A stretch of 64,000 nucleotides of DNA from the NCBI GenBank assembly GCA_900088475.1, contig FLMG01000335.1, positions 124,001-188,000 of the forward strand, in the 5' to 3' direction. The notes under the pieces are model-generated. The model searched no databases. It was not told the DNA's origin and worked only from the letters and a program-made list of their open reading frames with translations. Each line of letters opens with the position of its first letter. The stretch's first letter is position 1. Shown here in pieces: positions 63,675 to 64,000 of this stretch. Source of the DNA: Hyphochytrium catenoides. Taxonomy: Eukaryota; Protista; Hyphochytriomycota. The translations under genes and the position numbers were made by a program.

Positions 63675-64000
63675 GAGGAAGGAGAGTAGAGAGACACTTT
63701 TGTCCCCGGGCTTACTCCAATGTAGTTGTTGCTTGTCCTTGTTGGAAATTATCCAGCTAACAATTCCTCCCAATAGTGGGAAGAATCTCCTTTTGTTGCT
63801 CATGAGCAGACATAACTCTAAGCCGTATAGTACCAGCATGTTTCTCTTCAGATGTCTTTTAAGCGACCCATTTGCGAGTGTCTCTTAACTCTTCCGATAG
63901 AGATGGGTGACCCAAGGTTAGGGTAACACGCCTTCTTTTCTCTCCCCTTTTCCCCCTTGCAGCAGAATCCACAGATAACGTATGTGATGCTAAATGATTT

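Overview
Gene-dense, intron-rich (GT-AG) eukaryotic nuclear DNA with small assembly gaps. The eIF5A sequence style and the glycosyltransferase repeats suggest a stramenopile, possibly ochrophyte-like (inference only). Genes assembled by hand, left to right: a giant coiled-coil/WW/armadillo protein (-, runs off the left edge), eIF5A, EFG1, CCDC77, an orphan 2-exon gene, intronless 5-aminolevulinate synthase, FIG4/SAC phosphatase, a SMYD-type TPR-SET-MYND methyltransferase, CSN9/CSNAP, ARV1, ChaC, a RING-finger protein, an ApaG protein, a DM10-like protein, tRNA-Ser(CGA), an intronless two-domain glycosyltransferase with one frameshift, and a cytochrome P450. The most unusual observations are: (1) a RimJ/RimL-type GNAT domain spliced in-frame into the middle of the SMYD SET domain; (2) a RING E3 ligase carrying two HIND (Hub1/UBL5-binding) motifs; (3) a 5-repeat + GT71 + CAP59-like tandem glycosyltransferase split by one extra base; (4) the ChaC FGYGSL motif built from 11- and 12-nt microexons; (5) a C4-pathway ALAS with heme-regulatory CP motifs. 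Exon boundaries were read by eye and gene ends are approximate. No database searches were run.
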